IMG/VR virus record: IMGVR_UViG_3300042349_000876
Coordinates: 6,588-70,587 of that record
From: a virus
DNA length: 64,000 bases
Direction: 5' to 3' (one strand)
The notes beneath the pieces were generated by a model. It was not told where the DNA came from. It was given only the letters and a program-made list of their open reading frames with translations, and did no database searches. A program made the position numbers and the translations under genes. This document shows positions 10,657 through 21,139 of this stretch, piece by piece. Position 1 is the stretch's first letter. Each line of letters starts with the position of its first letter.

Positions 10657-13600
10657 ATGGCATCGCAAAGCAGGGAATTTACTCTCGTAGGAAAGTTTTC
10701 AGATGGAATTACACCTGAGTTAAAGAAGTTAAATACTCAGCTTAATTCCCTGACAAAAAGTTTTGACAAGATGGCAGGCAAACTTCGCCCCATCTCGAAA
10801 GAACTAGGCATCATGGCCGGTGCCACCCGCACTCTTACTGAGAACTTTAAGACTCAGCGGGGAGCCTACGAAAGTAATATGCGGGCCATGAAACAGTACC
10901 GATCTGAAGTCGGTAAAGTCGTGGCTTCTCAGAAACAACTACAAAAGAAAGTCTCTCTACCTGGAATATCAGGGGGAGGTAGAGGGCCAGGAGGAAACGG
11001 GGGAGGTCGCGTCAACCGAGGGGGATCAATAGCTGCCGACGTGGTGTCGGGAGGAGTAATTACAGCCGCTATTGTCAAAGGGTTTGACATTGGCGTTCAA
11101 ATAATGCAGAGAGGATTTGCATATATTTCTCAAACATTTGCTGAACGAATTGGAGACCAGATCGAAGATATTGCGGGAGCGGGTGGTATATTCGCGGGTG
11201 CCAAGTCCGCTGGACTGAAAGAATTCGGGTCAACAATGGACGACGCAATGGACGTCCAAAAAGAGTTGAACCGGAGTATGGCAACCTTGGCTGCTGATTT
11301 GCCAGGGACGACCAACGACTTTGTTAGAAACGCCCGTAGCATCACCGATACCATGATGACGGCGATGGCTAAATCGCCGGGTCAATTCGTAAAAGCCATG
11401 GAAGGTATGACCGGTAAAACCGGTCTTGATCAAAAAGGTGCTCTGATTGCGGCTACTACTTCGGTTGCACAATCAACCACGATGCTAGAAAAACTGGCTC
11501 CTGGCGGTGGCATGCCAATGACCATGCTCTTCGAAGACTTAATGTCTCGGGACACGGTTGATGCAAAAAACATGCAACGTAAATACGCATCTATGCGTAG
11601 AAACCCTACCTTAATTGCTGCCTTAGAAAGAAACCAAAAAGAAATTAATAAATACGCTGCTGGTTCCGGCGAACGCTTAGTTGCAATCTCAAAGGCACTG
11701 AATGAGGCTGTACCGCCAGAAATGGTCAACATGATGAAACGTTCGGTCAGCGGTGTGATCGAAGGTTTTAAATCTAACTTCCTAGACCCGGATACTGGTC
11801 TGTTCGGTCTTTCCAGACAAATGGGTTTCGTCGTTACTCAATTTGATACGACCACTGGTAAAGCTCGTTTAAATAAAGCCGGTAAAGTTGTCAAAGAAGC
11901 GGTAGGTATATTTGAATTGATTTCCGACATCTTCGGTAATCTTGGGGTTGTTCTAAACAGTAGTCTTGTACCTGCTCTCGTCAACCTGATTTACCCATTT
12001 GACCAACTTGGACAATCCCTTGTCAAATTCAGAGAGTGGACGTTCAAGGTGTTCGAGCGTTTTCAACTCCTGACTAAATACTTCACCCAAGTAGGCAAAA
12101 CTTATGGTTTAGACGCTTCAACTTTCCAGGCTACAACTCGTGGAGGCTTGGCTACTGTAGCCAGCATATTCCAAGGTCTTGGTGAATTGAGTTCGGGTCA
12201 ATACGCTGGAATAATAGCTCAATTAAAGTCCAAAGATCCGAAAGCGATCAAGAACGTTGGTAGCCAGCTGCTAGAAATTTTCAAAGAATCTAAATTTTTA
12301 AACACAATCACAGAACTGGTAGGTTCTGTTGTCGGAGGGGCATTAGATGCTTTAGCAGACATGCTAGACATGGTACTCTCTGGCACAGAAAAATTTGCCG
12401 CAAAAGGCTTTGGCAAAGGATTTGCTGAGTCTGGAGGATATCAGGCAATTACTAGAATTTTTGCCAACATATTTAAACTTTTGTGGAAAGGTTTTACCGA
12501 GGCTGTCAAACTATGGTTCGCTTCAATGGGGCAGAACCTATTTTCTGGCAATTTCGGTGCTGTTCTTGGTCAGGTTGGTATTACAGCGTTGTTGGTGCCT
12601 CCATTAAGAAGTTTCTTGATGAGCTTGTTTGAAGGTATTTTTTCAACGGGCACAGCTAAAGGGGTGGCTGGCAGGGCCATGCGAGGAGGGGGCATATTTG
12701 CTACTTTATCCGGTGGCAGAACCAAAAACAGATTAAGAGGAGTTCGTGCTGGCGCTGGTCAGGCACTGGCCCCCTTAGGCCCCGTTGCCATGACAATGGC
12801 AGGTATGAAACCGGGTCGTGCACTAATTCGACAAAGAGGTTTACTCGGAGGTGCCGCAAGAGGAGCAGCAAGAATGGGCAGGTTTATACCTGGCGGAGCT
12901 TTAGCTATGGGTGCCATAGATGCAGCCTCTGGTATGATGCAAGGGGAAAGCCCAGGGGTTGCCATCGGAAAAGCAGCTGTTACGACTATAACTTCTTCCT
13001 TAGGGGCTGCCCTGGGAACAGTTATTGCCCCTGGCATAGGTACGGCCATAGGCGGTGTTGCCGGAGCCATGATAGGTGATGCCGTATCTGGTTCATTAGT
13101 TTCAGTGTTTTCTGGACCAAGCGACGCTCAAATGAAGGCTGCCAAGGCACAAATGTTCGCTGCTGAAGCCATGAAAGCTGCTCTTCCTGTCAGCGGTAAA
13201 CAGGTCGGACCAGCAGCAGACTTCGCGGGAACTGGCATAATCGGCATAAGCCAACTTAATAAGGCATTTAAATATGCCGGTTTGGGGGGAGATAAAGCAG
13301 CACAAGACTATATATCTGCTGCCAGCAATATGGCTTCCATTAGAGCTCAGCTCGACGAACTGAAAGCCAAAGCTGAAAAACAGAAAGCACTATCAGGTGG
13401 TCGTGTAGATACTCAACTACAAGGTAAAATCGAAGCAACTACTAAGACTTTAGTAGTAGCAGAAAAACAAGCTGCAGCAGCCTGGGACAAAATTTCTAAA
13501 ACAAACAAAGACAAGATAAACAATGCCATTGTTCAAATGCAGACAAATTTCACTGCATTTAATTCGGCTCTTATTACCCAGTCGGGTAGAGTTCAAAAAG

Positions 13601-14022
13601 CCCTTGAGGAGGCCACGGCTAAAATTAATGCAGCAAAACTTACCCCGGAGGCAGTCGCACGTTTAAATTCCCTTTTCTCTGGCGCTGGCGTTACGCCTAA
13701 GCCGACACCTAAAGTTAAAGGCTCTAATTGGAAAGGCGGTCTTGGTGATGCTTTAAGAGATGAGATGAAGCACAAACCCTCTGGGTCCAAACTTGTTATT
13801 GCCAACAGCAGCGAGACGATTATTCCAGCTTCCAAGGGACTTAATACCCAAGGAATGGCTAAACTACTTCGGAATGGTTCCGGTGGCGGTAACTATTCGG
13901 TTGTGAATCACATTAGCATTCAACAAACAGCGGGCCAAGACGCTGAAGAACTTGCTTCTATAGTTGCGTTGAAAATTTCCAACGCAGTCAGCGAACTTCG
14001 CTCCGCATCCTACTATGTGTAA
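10657..14022 (+). CDS. Tail tape measure protein
   Basis: 1121 aa, helical A/G-rich, GAALGTVIAPGIGTAIGG segment. Confidence 0.8.
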   Translation: MASQSREFTLVGKFSDGITPELKKLNTQLNSLTKSFDKMAGKLRPISKELGIMAGATRTLTENFKTQRGAYESNMRAMKQYRSEVGKVVASQKQLQKKVSLPGISGGGRGPGGNGGGRVNRGGSIAADVVSGGVITAAIVKGFDIGVQIMQRGFAYISQTFAERIGDQIEDIAGAGGIFAGAKSAGLKEFGSTMDDAMDVQKELNRSMATLAADLPGTTNDFVRNARSITDTMMTAMAKSPGQFVKAMEGMTGKTGLDQKGALIAATTSVAQSTTMLEKLAPGGGMPMTMLFEDLMSRDTVDAKNMQRKYASMRRNPTLIAALERNQKEINKYAAGSGERLVAISKALNEAVPPEMVNMMKRSVSGVIEGFKSNFLDPDTGLFGLSRQMGFVVTQFDTTTGKARLNKAGKVVKEAVGIFELISDIFGNLGVVLNSSLVPALVNLIYPFDQLGQSLVKFREWTFKVFERFQLLTKYFTQVGKTYGLDASTFQATTRGGLATVASIFQGLGELSSGQYAGIIAQLKSKDPKAIKNVGSQLLEIFKESKFLNTITELVGSVVGGALDALADMLDMVLSGTEKFAAKGFGKGFAESGGYQAITRIFANIFKLLWKGFTEAVKLWFASMGQNLFSGNFGAVLGQVGITALLVPPLRSFLMSLFEGIFSTGTAKGVAGRAMRGGGIFATLSGGRTKNRLRGVRAGAGQALAPLGPVAMTMAGMKPGRALIRQRGLLGGAARGAARMGRFIPGGALAMGAIDAASGMMQGESPGVAIGKAAVTTITSSLGAALGTVIAPGIGTAIGGVAGAMIGDAVSGSLVSVFSGPSDAQMKAAKAQMFAAEAMKAALPVSGKQVGPAADFAGTGIIGISQLNKAFKYAGLGGDKAAQDYISAASNMASIRAQLDELKAKAEKQKALSGGRVDTQLQGKIEATTKTLVVAEKQAAAAWDKISKTNKDKINNAIVQMQTNFTAFNSALITQSGRVQKALEEATAKINAAKLTPEAVARLNSLFSGAGVTPKPTPKVKGSNWKGGLGDALRDEMKHKPSGSKLVIANSSETIIPASKGLNTQGMAKLLRNGSGGGNYSVVNHISIQQTAGQDAEELASIVALKISNAVSELRSASYYV

Positions 14023-14025
14023 ACC

Positions 14026-15297
14026 ATGAACAGTAACCTAATCATACCAAGAGTGTCTGTGTATTGGGGTGGCAAGAATGTAACTTCTTACAGCGGGGAA
14101 GGTTTCGAGAATGAGCCTTTGGTTTACGACGTACAGGCCAACCTGCAAATGTCAAGTACCAACCCTACAGGAAGTTTCAAGTGGAACCCTTCCGGGCAAG
14201 CTTTTAAAGTTTATGAGAATTTTGTCAATAATTCGATCAAAGAAGTTATTGGAATTAAATTTTACTACGCTGAAGGCCGAAGTATTGAATTTTCGTTTGT
14301 TTGGGCAGGACATCAAATTGTTTACGGTAACGATATGACCGTCACGGTTAAACTTCGGTCGGAACTTGACGGTCTTGTTAATTCTATTCCTCGTAACGTG
14401 GCCCAAGCCCACGACAAAGGGGTTTCTTACCTGGATGCGGCTAAAAAGACCGAAAAACAATTCGCCGTAGACAGTTACAACATGGTCAGGTACGAAGATA
14501 AAGCCAAGACAGACATGCAAAAAGCTAAATTGAATACAGTGTACCAGGAAGACCAAACTTTCGCCAGTACATTGGCTAATTTAGCTCAGCAAAACGGAAA
14601 TTTCGTCTTTGCTAATAACATTCTACAAGCCAATCTGTCAGTGTTTGCCCCTTATACTTGGAACCCTAAGGAAAGTGATGTGCAAGAACCCTCTGACAAC
14701 CCTAAACCCAACCAACGTTACGGTTACCTGTTAGGACCAGGAATCATAAACTCTGTTGAACGGGTGATGGAATGGTCTCCTCCGCAGCAGAGTAATCAAA
14801 TTAAATCCCGAAAGCAGACAAAAACCACCCCAACCAGCCAGAAAAACAACCGAACTAAAATGGAGGAAAACCAGCAGCAAGTGTCCAGCTCAAGTGGCTC
14901 TGTTATTGGTACCTCACAAGCCAAACCGAACTCGGGAGTATCAAATAAAGAAAACCCGGACGGTCCTACAAAACAGAACCTACTTCAAGACGAAGCCAGA
15001 AGTAAATTATCGGCCAACGTTTTTCTTAGTCCCTGTTTGATGGGAATTAAACCTTGCGATATTCTCTACGTCCCTAGTTTGGAAGGGTCTGTGTCTTCCA
15101 TAGAAGACTGGATTGTTCAATCAGTGGACTATCAGCAGACAGACGGAGGAGTCGAAGTTTCTCTCTCTGCCGGTCGAAAATTCGGCGCTGTTGGTCTGAT
15201 GAACGAGAAAGCGGGAGAAAAATTCAAACAAAAAGCCAAATTGCTGAATCAGGGTGGGCTAGACTCCTGGGCAGAATACGCCTGGAAAACCAAATAA
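14026..15297 (+). CDS. Putative baseplate hub protein
   Basis: Follows tape measure; C-terminal GIKP.DI..V...W.VQSV.Y hub-like pattern. Confidence 0.55.
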   Translation: MNSNLIIPRVSVYWGGKNVTSYSGEGFENEPLVYDVQANLQMSSTNPTGSFKWNPSGQAFKVYENFVNNSIKEVIGIKFYYAEGRSIEFSFVWAGHQIVYGNDMTVTVKLRSELDGLVNSIPRNVAQAHDKGVSYLDAAKKTEKQFAVDSYNMVRYEDKAKTDMQKAKLNTVYQEDQTFASTLANLAQQNGNFVFANNILQANLSVFAPYTWNPKESDVQEPSDNPKPNQRYGYLLGPGIINSVERVMEWSPPQQSNQIKSRKQTKTTPTSQKNNRTKMEENQQQVSSSSGSVIGTSQAKPNSGVSNKENPDGPTKQNLLQDEARSKLSANVFLSPCLMGIKPCDILYVPSLEGSVSSIEDWIVQSVDYQQTDGGVEVSLSAGRKFGAVGLMNEKAGEKFKQKAKLLNQGGLDSWAEYAWKTK

Positions 15298-15391
15298 GTT
15301 TACCGGGGTCAGCCGGGGGGTATAATTGTCTCGAATGTGCCGGACAACGGAGTCCGGGTTTACGCATTCTATTCCTAATGACTTAATTATC

Positions 15392-16369
15392 ATGGCTACT
15401 CCTGCAACTTTCAAGATCTCTCCGGCTCTGGACGACAAAAATCGTGCCCGCCTTGAGAGCAAAACCTACACTCGTGCTTACACGGATATCCCTAATCGAG
15501 CCCTACCTGAAACTTATCAAAAAGGCCTCGGTGCTATCTTTTCTTCACTGACTGGTGAAACGTTTGACGGCGAAAACAGTACTTTCACTGTGCGTGCCGA
15601 TGCAAACGGAATTTTCAAAAAACTTTACTCTCCCACTGTTTTCTCGACTGAAGAAAAAGGTCTGGTAATTCGTTGGGGTGACCGCGACATTCCCCTGGAA
15701 GTCAGCCCCGGTAAAATCACCGTGAATGGCGCTCCGAAAAACACCAAATTTGCTTTTAAAGAAGAGCAAATTGGCAAATACACGGAACCAGTTCTGAGTG
15801 TTTCTTCTACGTTGGATAACGTACTTTACACTCTGCCGATTCCGGTTCGTTCCGCAGATTACGAAGACAAAATTTCTGCAGACCTGCTCGATCTCCTTCT
15901 CGACGAAAACCCCGAAGCAATTGCCGAAAAAGTGCAAGTTGCCTCAGATCTTTCGAAGCGTGGGGAGTCCAGCGGTTCCGGCGAACGGATGCAGGGACCT
16001 TTCGTCAAAGTGGCTCATTTGCCGATTGGCGATTACCAGGTGACCATGTACCGCGTCAAAGAAGGCGGTCAATACGGCACCGATTACTTCCTGCAAGTAA
16101 AGGTTGACGAGCCTTTTACTGCCCCTGTTCGTCAGCAAGTTGACGGCGAGTGGATGGACGTCGAAACCGAGGTCTCTGACTGGGCCATCGTTCGTCCGAA
16201 CAATGCTCTTAAGAAAACTCTCGCCGCTGAACCGGTGATTGATCGCGAGAATCCTGCAACTCTCCGCGTTATTGAGCATGGGGAATACAACGGTTTTCCT
16301 ACTGCCAAAGTCGCTCTGAAGTGCACTGCGTTCGCAGAGGATCCTGAGTCTTTTGCTCTTGATTTCTAA
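15392..16369 (+). CDS. Putative single-stranded DNA-binding/replication protein
   Basis: Strong promoter, beta-rich, acidic aromatic tail EDPESFALDF, directly upstream of helicase. Confidence 0.4.
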   Translation: MATPATFKISPALDDKNRARLESKTYTRAYTDIPNRALPETYQKGLGAIFSSLTGETFDGENSTFTVRADANGIFKKLYSPTVFSTEEKGLVIRWGDRDIPLEVSPGKITVNGAPKNTKFAFKEEQIGKYTEPVLSVSSTLDNVLYTLPIPVRSADYEDKISADLLDLLLDENPEAIAEKVQVASDLSKRGESSGSGERMQGPFVKVAHLPIGDYQVTMYRVKEGGQYGTDYFLQVKVDEPFTAPVRQQVDGEWMDVETEVSDWAIVRPNNALKKTLAAEPVIDRENPATLRVIEHGEYNGFPTAKVALKCTAFAEDPESFALDF

Positions 16370-16453
16370 ACTCAAGTAAATAATTGGGGTCGAAGGAATT
16401 ACCTTTGGCCCTTTATAGTATAATTACTACGTAAACAACTACTCAAACCACAT

Positions 16454-18457
16454 ATGAGCGATCCGTTTAACGTGGCGTTCGGCGAAACCAAACAGGAAAT
16501 TGAGATCCTGGGTAAAGCCAAGGAACGTAAAAAAGCTCGGTCCTTTGGGTCTTCCAAGAAGAAAGAAGAAGAAGAATCTAAAGCACCTCCAACTCGAGTA
16601 AGCGAGCTGTATCAGGCTGGTATCGAACTCCTTAAACTTAGGAATTTCACCGTAGAATTGGATGAAACCGGTGATCATGTCAACCATAGGGTCCTGAAAC
16701 CTACGGTGCTTAAGCACATTGAAGGAATTACTTACCCTGCAGAATTTAAACCTCTTCAAGATATTTCTGAAGACGACGATTGGGAAGTAATTGAAGCAGC
16801 ATTCGACCCTAGCTTGTGTTCACAAGAAGTAAGAACTTTTTGGGAGCCCTTTTTCAGACCGAAAGGGGGAGACAGCGATTTGCTTTCTTTCACTGAACGC
16901 TTGCTCAAAATGAAGCGAGTTAATCAAAATAAAAATATCCACCAAACTCTTGACTATGGACACACATTTGACCCAGCTGGGCGCTGGGGTGGTGAAGTTG
17001 TGCTCAACCCTCGTATCTGGGTTCCTGACCGGGATTGGTTTAACCCTGTCCTTCATCAGGTCAAGTTTTCTGATGTTTTCACAATCTTCCCCGAAGCCGA
17101 ACAAGAAATGCTCCGACTCATTCTTGGCCGAGTTGGAGTTGGGAGGGCAAATCACCTCCCACCTGGTAGATCCGAGCCTGTTGACCATACTGCCCGAATG
17201 GCAGGCGTCATCGTGGGGAAAGACGCTGGTCTCGGGAAATCCACTCTCTTTAACGGCCTCACCGCAGCCCTCCAACGCTGTGGATTCGTCACCCATACAT
17301 TTAAATCAACCGAGGATCGCTTTGGTCTCAAAGCCGCCGCTCTCTCTGACATCGCCTACAAAGACGACACCAGTCTCGCGTCGCTCAAGAAGTTCCTCGC
17401 AGCCGAAGAAACCAAAATCCTGATTACCAACGGGCTATTCCAAGTCGAGGAAAAATTCCAAAATGCTGAACAGATTTGGCCGAAGACTGTTATCTTGGTT
17501 AACTCAAACGACTGGAATAGTAAGTTCGCCTACGATCTTGATCCAGGCATTATCGATCGAATCAAAATCATTTCGACCTATCGCGAGTACGAAGTGGCGA
17601 AGAATCGAGAGAATCTGGAGGGAACCGTATCGGAAGGCTCACCGGATCTCCGCCCACGGGCACATATCCCGTATCTTGCAAACAAACTCGGGGTCAGTCA
17701 AGAGGCGCTTTATCTCTGGTGCTTGCGCTTGGCGACAGACCGGTTCTGGCATATCATCACGGACACTCGTGATCCGTCAATTAACCGACTCCAAGTCGAG
17801 GTCCGGTACTGGACGACTCGGCAGAGGATCCGCTTCAAGGCGGATGTTACTCAAGCACTCGTGAACGGTATGGCTTTCGCCTGGTTGCTTCGCACAGGCA
17901 ATACGGACATACCTGAATTAACTCCCGAAATTCTTCGAGATTGTCTAGATCATTTTTACTTTTTGGGTGTGGATCCTTCGGGTCTTGACCTTATGTCGAA
18001 AATGAAGAGGCAGTGGGAAATTGCTGGTAGACCTTCAACTCACTACTACCAAGGTTTCAGGGAAGTTCGATGGGAGTCGATCAAAAAGGCGATTGCTCAT
18101 TTCGAGTTCAATGGAAGGAACGCCGGTAACATTACCGCTGCGGAAGTCATTAAAGACATTATGGAAAAACTTGTCATGAGAGATGGCTTTAAAATCGGAG
18201 GTTCAGCAAATTACGTAATTGAAAATTGGGAAAATATGCGTCACGCTTGGGAAGAATTGAAGAAAGAAGGAGAGGAATTGTTTCAATCCTTGTGTGAGCA
18301 GGATCAGAAACGCTTGAGTCTCACCGAAACGCACTGCGTAGACGAATGGCTGGAGAATAAGAACTATTCTCCCGACAGGGCGGAGAAATTCAGGCTTGAC
18401 GCCCGAAACCGTTTGTATAACCCAGTAATTTCTTCAGGGGGTAAAAATAATGGTTGA
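16454..18457 (+). CDS. D5-like/SF3-type helicase (P-loop NTPase)
   Basis: Walker A GKDAGLGKST, YKDD Walker B, VEEKFQN, ILVNSN, arginine in IIDRIKII. Confidence 0.7.
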   Translation: MSDPFNVAFGETKQEIEILGKAKERKKARSFGSSKKKEEEESKAPPTRVSELYQAGIELLKLRNFTVELDETGDHVNHRVLKPTVLKHIEGITYPAEFKPLQDISEDDDWEVIEAAFDPSLCSQEVRTFWEPFFRPKGGDSDLLSFTERLLKMKRVNQNKNIHQTLDYGHTFDPAGRWGGEVVLNPRIWVPDRDWFNPVLHQVKFSDVFTIFPEAEQEMLRLILGRVGVGRANHLPPGRSEPVDHTARMAGVIVGKDAGLGKSTLFNGLTAALQRCGFVTHTFKSTEDRFGLKAAALSDIAYKDDTSLASLKKFLAAEETKILITNGLFQVEEKFQNAEQIWPKTVILVNSNDWNSKFAYDLDPGIIDRIKIISTYREYEVAKNRENLEGTVSEGSPDLRPRAHIPYLANKLGVSQEALYLWCLRLATDRFWHIITDTRDPSINRLQVEVRYWTTRQRIRFKADVTQALVNGMAFAWLLRTGNTDIPELTPEILRDCLDHFYFLGVDPSGLDLMSKMKRQWEIAGRPSTHYYQGFREVRWESIKKAIAHFEFNGRNAGNITAAEVIKDIMEKLVMRDGFKIGGSANYVIENWENMRHAWEELKKEGEELFQSLCEQDQKRLSLTETHCVDEWLENKNYSPDRAEKFRLDARNRLYNPVISSGGKNNG

Positions 18458-18833
18458 TTTTCAAACCTCCCCCCAAGAAACTGTGGATTCCTATACATAC
18501 GAATGTACTAAGCAACTTCGCCTAAAAGAACAACTTGAGTCGGAAGGCAACGTTTGCATTGACGATCCTGCCAACTTGTATGACAAAATTGGTACTATTC
18601 AGGAACTCGAGTGTTATTGTGAGCAGTACACTCCCCGTCTACTTCTGAAACTTTATGCCAAAGGCACCGAAAATCAAGAGCACTCGTTCTTTCTAATTCC
18701 GTTGTGGCAAGTTACCCGTTACAACTACGTCGTACCAGAAATAGGTAAGTATTTCACTGCAAAATATGTGATTGGGGTTAGAAGGGTCGGAGAAAACTCA
18801 TTTGTCCCTAGTTTGCGACTACCTTTGACTTGA
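18450..18833 (+). CDS. Hypothetical protein
   Basis: 127 aa ORF overlapping helicase end. Confidence 0.5.
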   Translation: MVDFQTSPQETVDSYTYECTKQLRLKEQLESEGNVCIDDPANLYDKIGTIQELECYCEQYTPRLLLKLYAKGTENQEHSFFLIPLWQVTRYNYVVPEIGKYFTAKYVIGVRRVGENSFVPSLRLPLT

Positions 18834-18842
18834 GTACAAGCT

Positions 18843-19265
18843 ATGTATGAAGACTTCCTCTTTAAGTCACAACGTTCTCTGGAGGAAGACACAAAGACTC
18901 CGGACGCACCTTCTCCGATTAATAGCTCCGGAGGTTATGAAAATGCCACCGGACAATTTCACATTCAAAGAAGCTTAAACAGAAAAGCTAAATCTCGAAA
19001 AGATTTAGGTCAACCTAAATTCGCCGAAGACTCTGATGATGACGCAAACAAGCGTTATTTTGGAAGCTTCAGTCTGGAAGCTAAAAGGAATGTGATGGAC
19101 CTGTTAAAAACACACCCTATGTTTGATGACCAAAAAGGAGTCAGAAAAAATAGGGTCCAAAACAATACCAGAGAAGTAATGAAGAACGATCCGACTAAAA
19201 CCTCTGAAATTGGCGGGTCAATTCATTACCAAAATTTACCACAGGCATCCCAACCCAACTATTGA
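18843..19265 (+). CDS. Hypothetical protein
   Basis: 140 aa ORF in operon. Confidence 0.5.
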   Translation: MYEDFLFKSQRSLEEDTKTPDAPSPINSSGGYENATGQFHIQRSLNRKAKSRKDLGQPKFAEDSDDDANKRYFGSFSLEAKRNVMDLLKTHPMFDDQKGVRKNRVQNNTREVMKNDPTKTSEIGGSIHYQNLPQASQPNY

Positions 19266-19266
19266 C

Positions 19267-19779
19267 ATGTCTCCTAAACTATCGGATCCGCACGTTTTTC
19301 TACAAAACCTGGTTACCAAAAAAGGTAAATCAGATTTATTCGGCGTGTATTTAACTGCAGTTACTGTAGTAGCTTCTGCCAACGAAGAATACGAATACGG
19401 TTTCGATTCAAAACAAGTTTCCCAAACTGTAAACCACCTTCTCCAAAAAGAAACCAACGACTGGAACAGTCTACTGGTTTCCACGCGAATGAGGCAAGAA
19501 GAGCTAATTTTTCCGATATGTTTCAACCGGGGAGGTAACCCTACGAGCTTGTATTTCGTAATGGAGGGTAACGAAATTTCTGCTCATGTGATGATTCCTC
19601 AAATTTCTGTGGAGGAATTTGCGTATGAAGTGCTTGTTTTTCAAGAATTACTGAATAAAGTTGCTAATTTCTCTTCCAAAATTGCGACCACGGTACGGTT
19701 TTTTCTAGGGGTGGCCACTCTTGACTGGGACGAGCTAGTCAACAACGGGGAAGTGGAAGAGATCGAAATAGAGTACTAA
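19267..19779 (+). CDS. Hypothetical protein
   Basis: ATG 19267 just after upstream stop. Confidence 0.5.
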   Translation: MSPKLSDPHVFLQNLVTKKGKSDLFGVYLTAVTVVASANEEYEYGFDSKQVSQTVNHLLQKETNDWNSLLVSTRMRQEELIFPICFNRGGNPTSLYFVMEGNEISAHVMIPQISVEEFAYEVLVFQELLNKVANFSSKIATTVRFFLGVATLDWDELVNNGEVEEIEIEY

Positions 19780-19829
19780 GTTTACCGCCCTCCGGCAACC
19801 AGTATACTGATACGCTTACAGAAAAATCA

Positions 19830-20159
19830 ATGCACGGTAACGAATACCAGACTCGCGCTCTCGAAACGGCTATCTACCCAAACCAGGGAGCGAACTTTGT
19901 TTATCCTGCTCTCGGCCTTGTCGGGGAGGCAGGCGAAGTGGCGGACAAACTAAAGAAGGTGATTCGAGATAACGACGGTGTCCTGACTGACGAAGTCCGT
20001 GATGCTGTTGCTAAAGAGTTGTCAGATGTAGCCTGGTACCTTGCAGTGCTAGCACACGAACTTGATTACTCTCTCGATGAGATCTTTGACTTGAACCTTT
20101 TCAAACTCGCTTCACGCAAGGAGCGGGGTGTTCTTACTGGCTCTGGTGACAACCGATGA
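19830..20159 (+). CDS. mazG: MazG-like nucleotide pyrophosphohydrolase
   Basis: ALGLVGEAGEVADKLKK...KELSDVAWY...GSGDNR. Confidence 0.85.
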   Translation: MHGNEYQTRALETAIYPNQGANFVYPALGLVGEAGEVADKLKKVIRDNDGVLTDEVRDAVAKELSDVAWYLAVLAHELDYSLDEIFDLNLFKLASRKERGVLTGSGDNR

Positions 20160-20413
20160 TTGCTTCTCAGTGTTCATTTTTTCAGATGATGATGGCTGCT
20201 TCCGGTAATTTCACACTGGCAGAAGCTACATCTTTTATTCAAGTTGAGTACGGAATCGCCGAACTTCAAGCATGTTGGGACGGTTTTGTACACAGCTCTG
20301 AATCCTACGGCCAAAAATTTAAATCTCGAAAAGATATTTGCAACCAATTCGCCGATGCCCTCACCGAATACATCGAGTGCCACTGTGAACCCTCACTTGG
20401 ACAAATGGGATGA
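20156..20413 (+). CDS. Hypothetical protein
   Basis: ATGA coupling with mazG. Confidence 0.45.
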   Translation: MIASQCSFFQMMMAASGNFTLAEATSFIQVEYGIAELQACWDGFVHSSESYGQKFKSRKDICNQFADALTEYIECHCEPSLGQMG

Positions 20414-20984
20414 ACGCTTCATGCGGATTGCCAAAGAGGTGCAATCCTGGAGCAAAGATCCCTCTACAAAATGCGGTTGTGTACTGGTTCGCGAACGGCG
20501 TATAATTAGTACAGGGTATAACGGTTTGCCTGCGTCTCTTTCAGATTCTTTAGACCGTTACACAGACCGCGACTTTAAACTTCAAACAATCATTCACGCT
20601 GAAAAGAACGCTCTCTTCAACGCTGCAAAAAACGGCGGTTCAACAGAAGGAGCCACAGCTTACGTTACTTGGCCCCCTTGCACTCAATGTGCCTCAGCAC
20701 TTATTCAAGCAGGGATATCTAAAGTCATCTGCCCAGATCCAAAAACGGGACCTGAACGATGGGCAAAGAACTTTACACTGGCCAACGACTTGCTATTTGA
20801 GGCAGGTGTTTTAGTTCTTTATTTTTGGGATGACAACTCATGCAGTGTCGAGTATGCCCCGTCTGCGGAGCCAGTTGGGTCTCAGACCAGTTGTACTGGA
20901 GCTCTGGAAAAACCGGCAAAGACGCCGATCTCAATGCGCTCGTTTGCCGAAAATTGGCTCCCGAGAAGGTTGACCGATGCATAA
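20355..20984 (+). CDS. dCMP deaminase
   Basis: SKDPSTKCG, STGYNG, HAEKNA, PC..C zinc site; start uncertain. Confidence 0.9.
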   Translation: MPSPNTSSATVNPHLDKWDERFMRIAKEVQSWSKDPSTKCGCVLVRERRIISTGYNGLPASLSDSLDRYTDRDFKLQTIIHAEKNALFNAAKNGGSTEGATAYVTWPPCTQCASALIQAGISKVICPDPKTGPERWAKNFTLANDLLFEAGVLVLYFWDDNSCSVEYAPSAEPVGSQTSCTGALEKPAKTPISMRSFAENWLPRRLTDA

Positions 20985-21070
20985 ACCCTGCTCAGGGTAA
21001 CGAAGGAGGCATAGGTTGGGAAGAAAGGGCATTTCAAATGGAGATGGCTCTCAGAAAAGCAGGAATCTAA
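20840..21070 (+). CDS. Small Cys-rich hypothetical protein
   Basis: C..C...W...QLYWS.G......DL..LVC...CINP. Confidence 0.55.
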   Translation: MQCRVCPVCGASWVSDQLYWSSGKTGKDADLNALVCRKLAPEKVDRCINPAQGNEGGIGWEERAFQMEMALRKAGI

Positions 21071-21073
21071 CTC

Positions 21074-21119
21074 GGTTCGGTTATCCGCCCTTTACCGGGG
21101 CTGTAAACAGCTGTATACT
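21074..21119 (+). promoter_or_regulatory. GGTTCGG-class promoter driving sigma factor gene
   Basis: GGTTCGGTTATCCGCCC, -35 TTTACC, 17 nt spacer, -10 TATACT. Confidence 0.7.
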
Positions 21120-21139
21120 AACTCTAGTTACATCACCCC

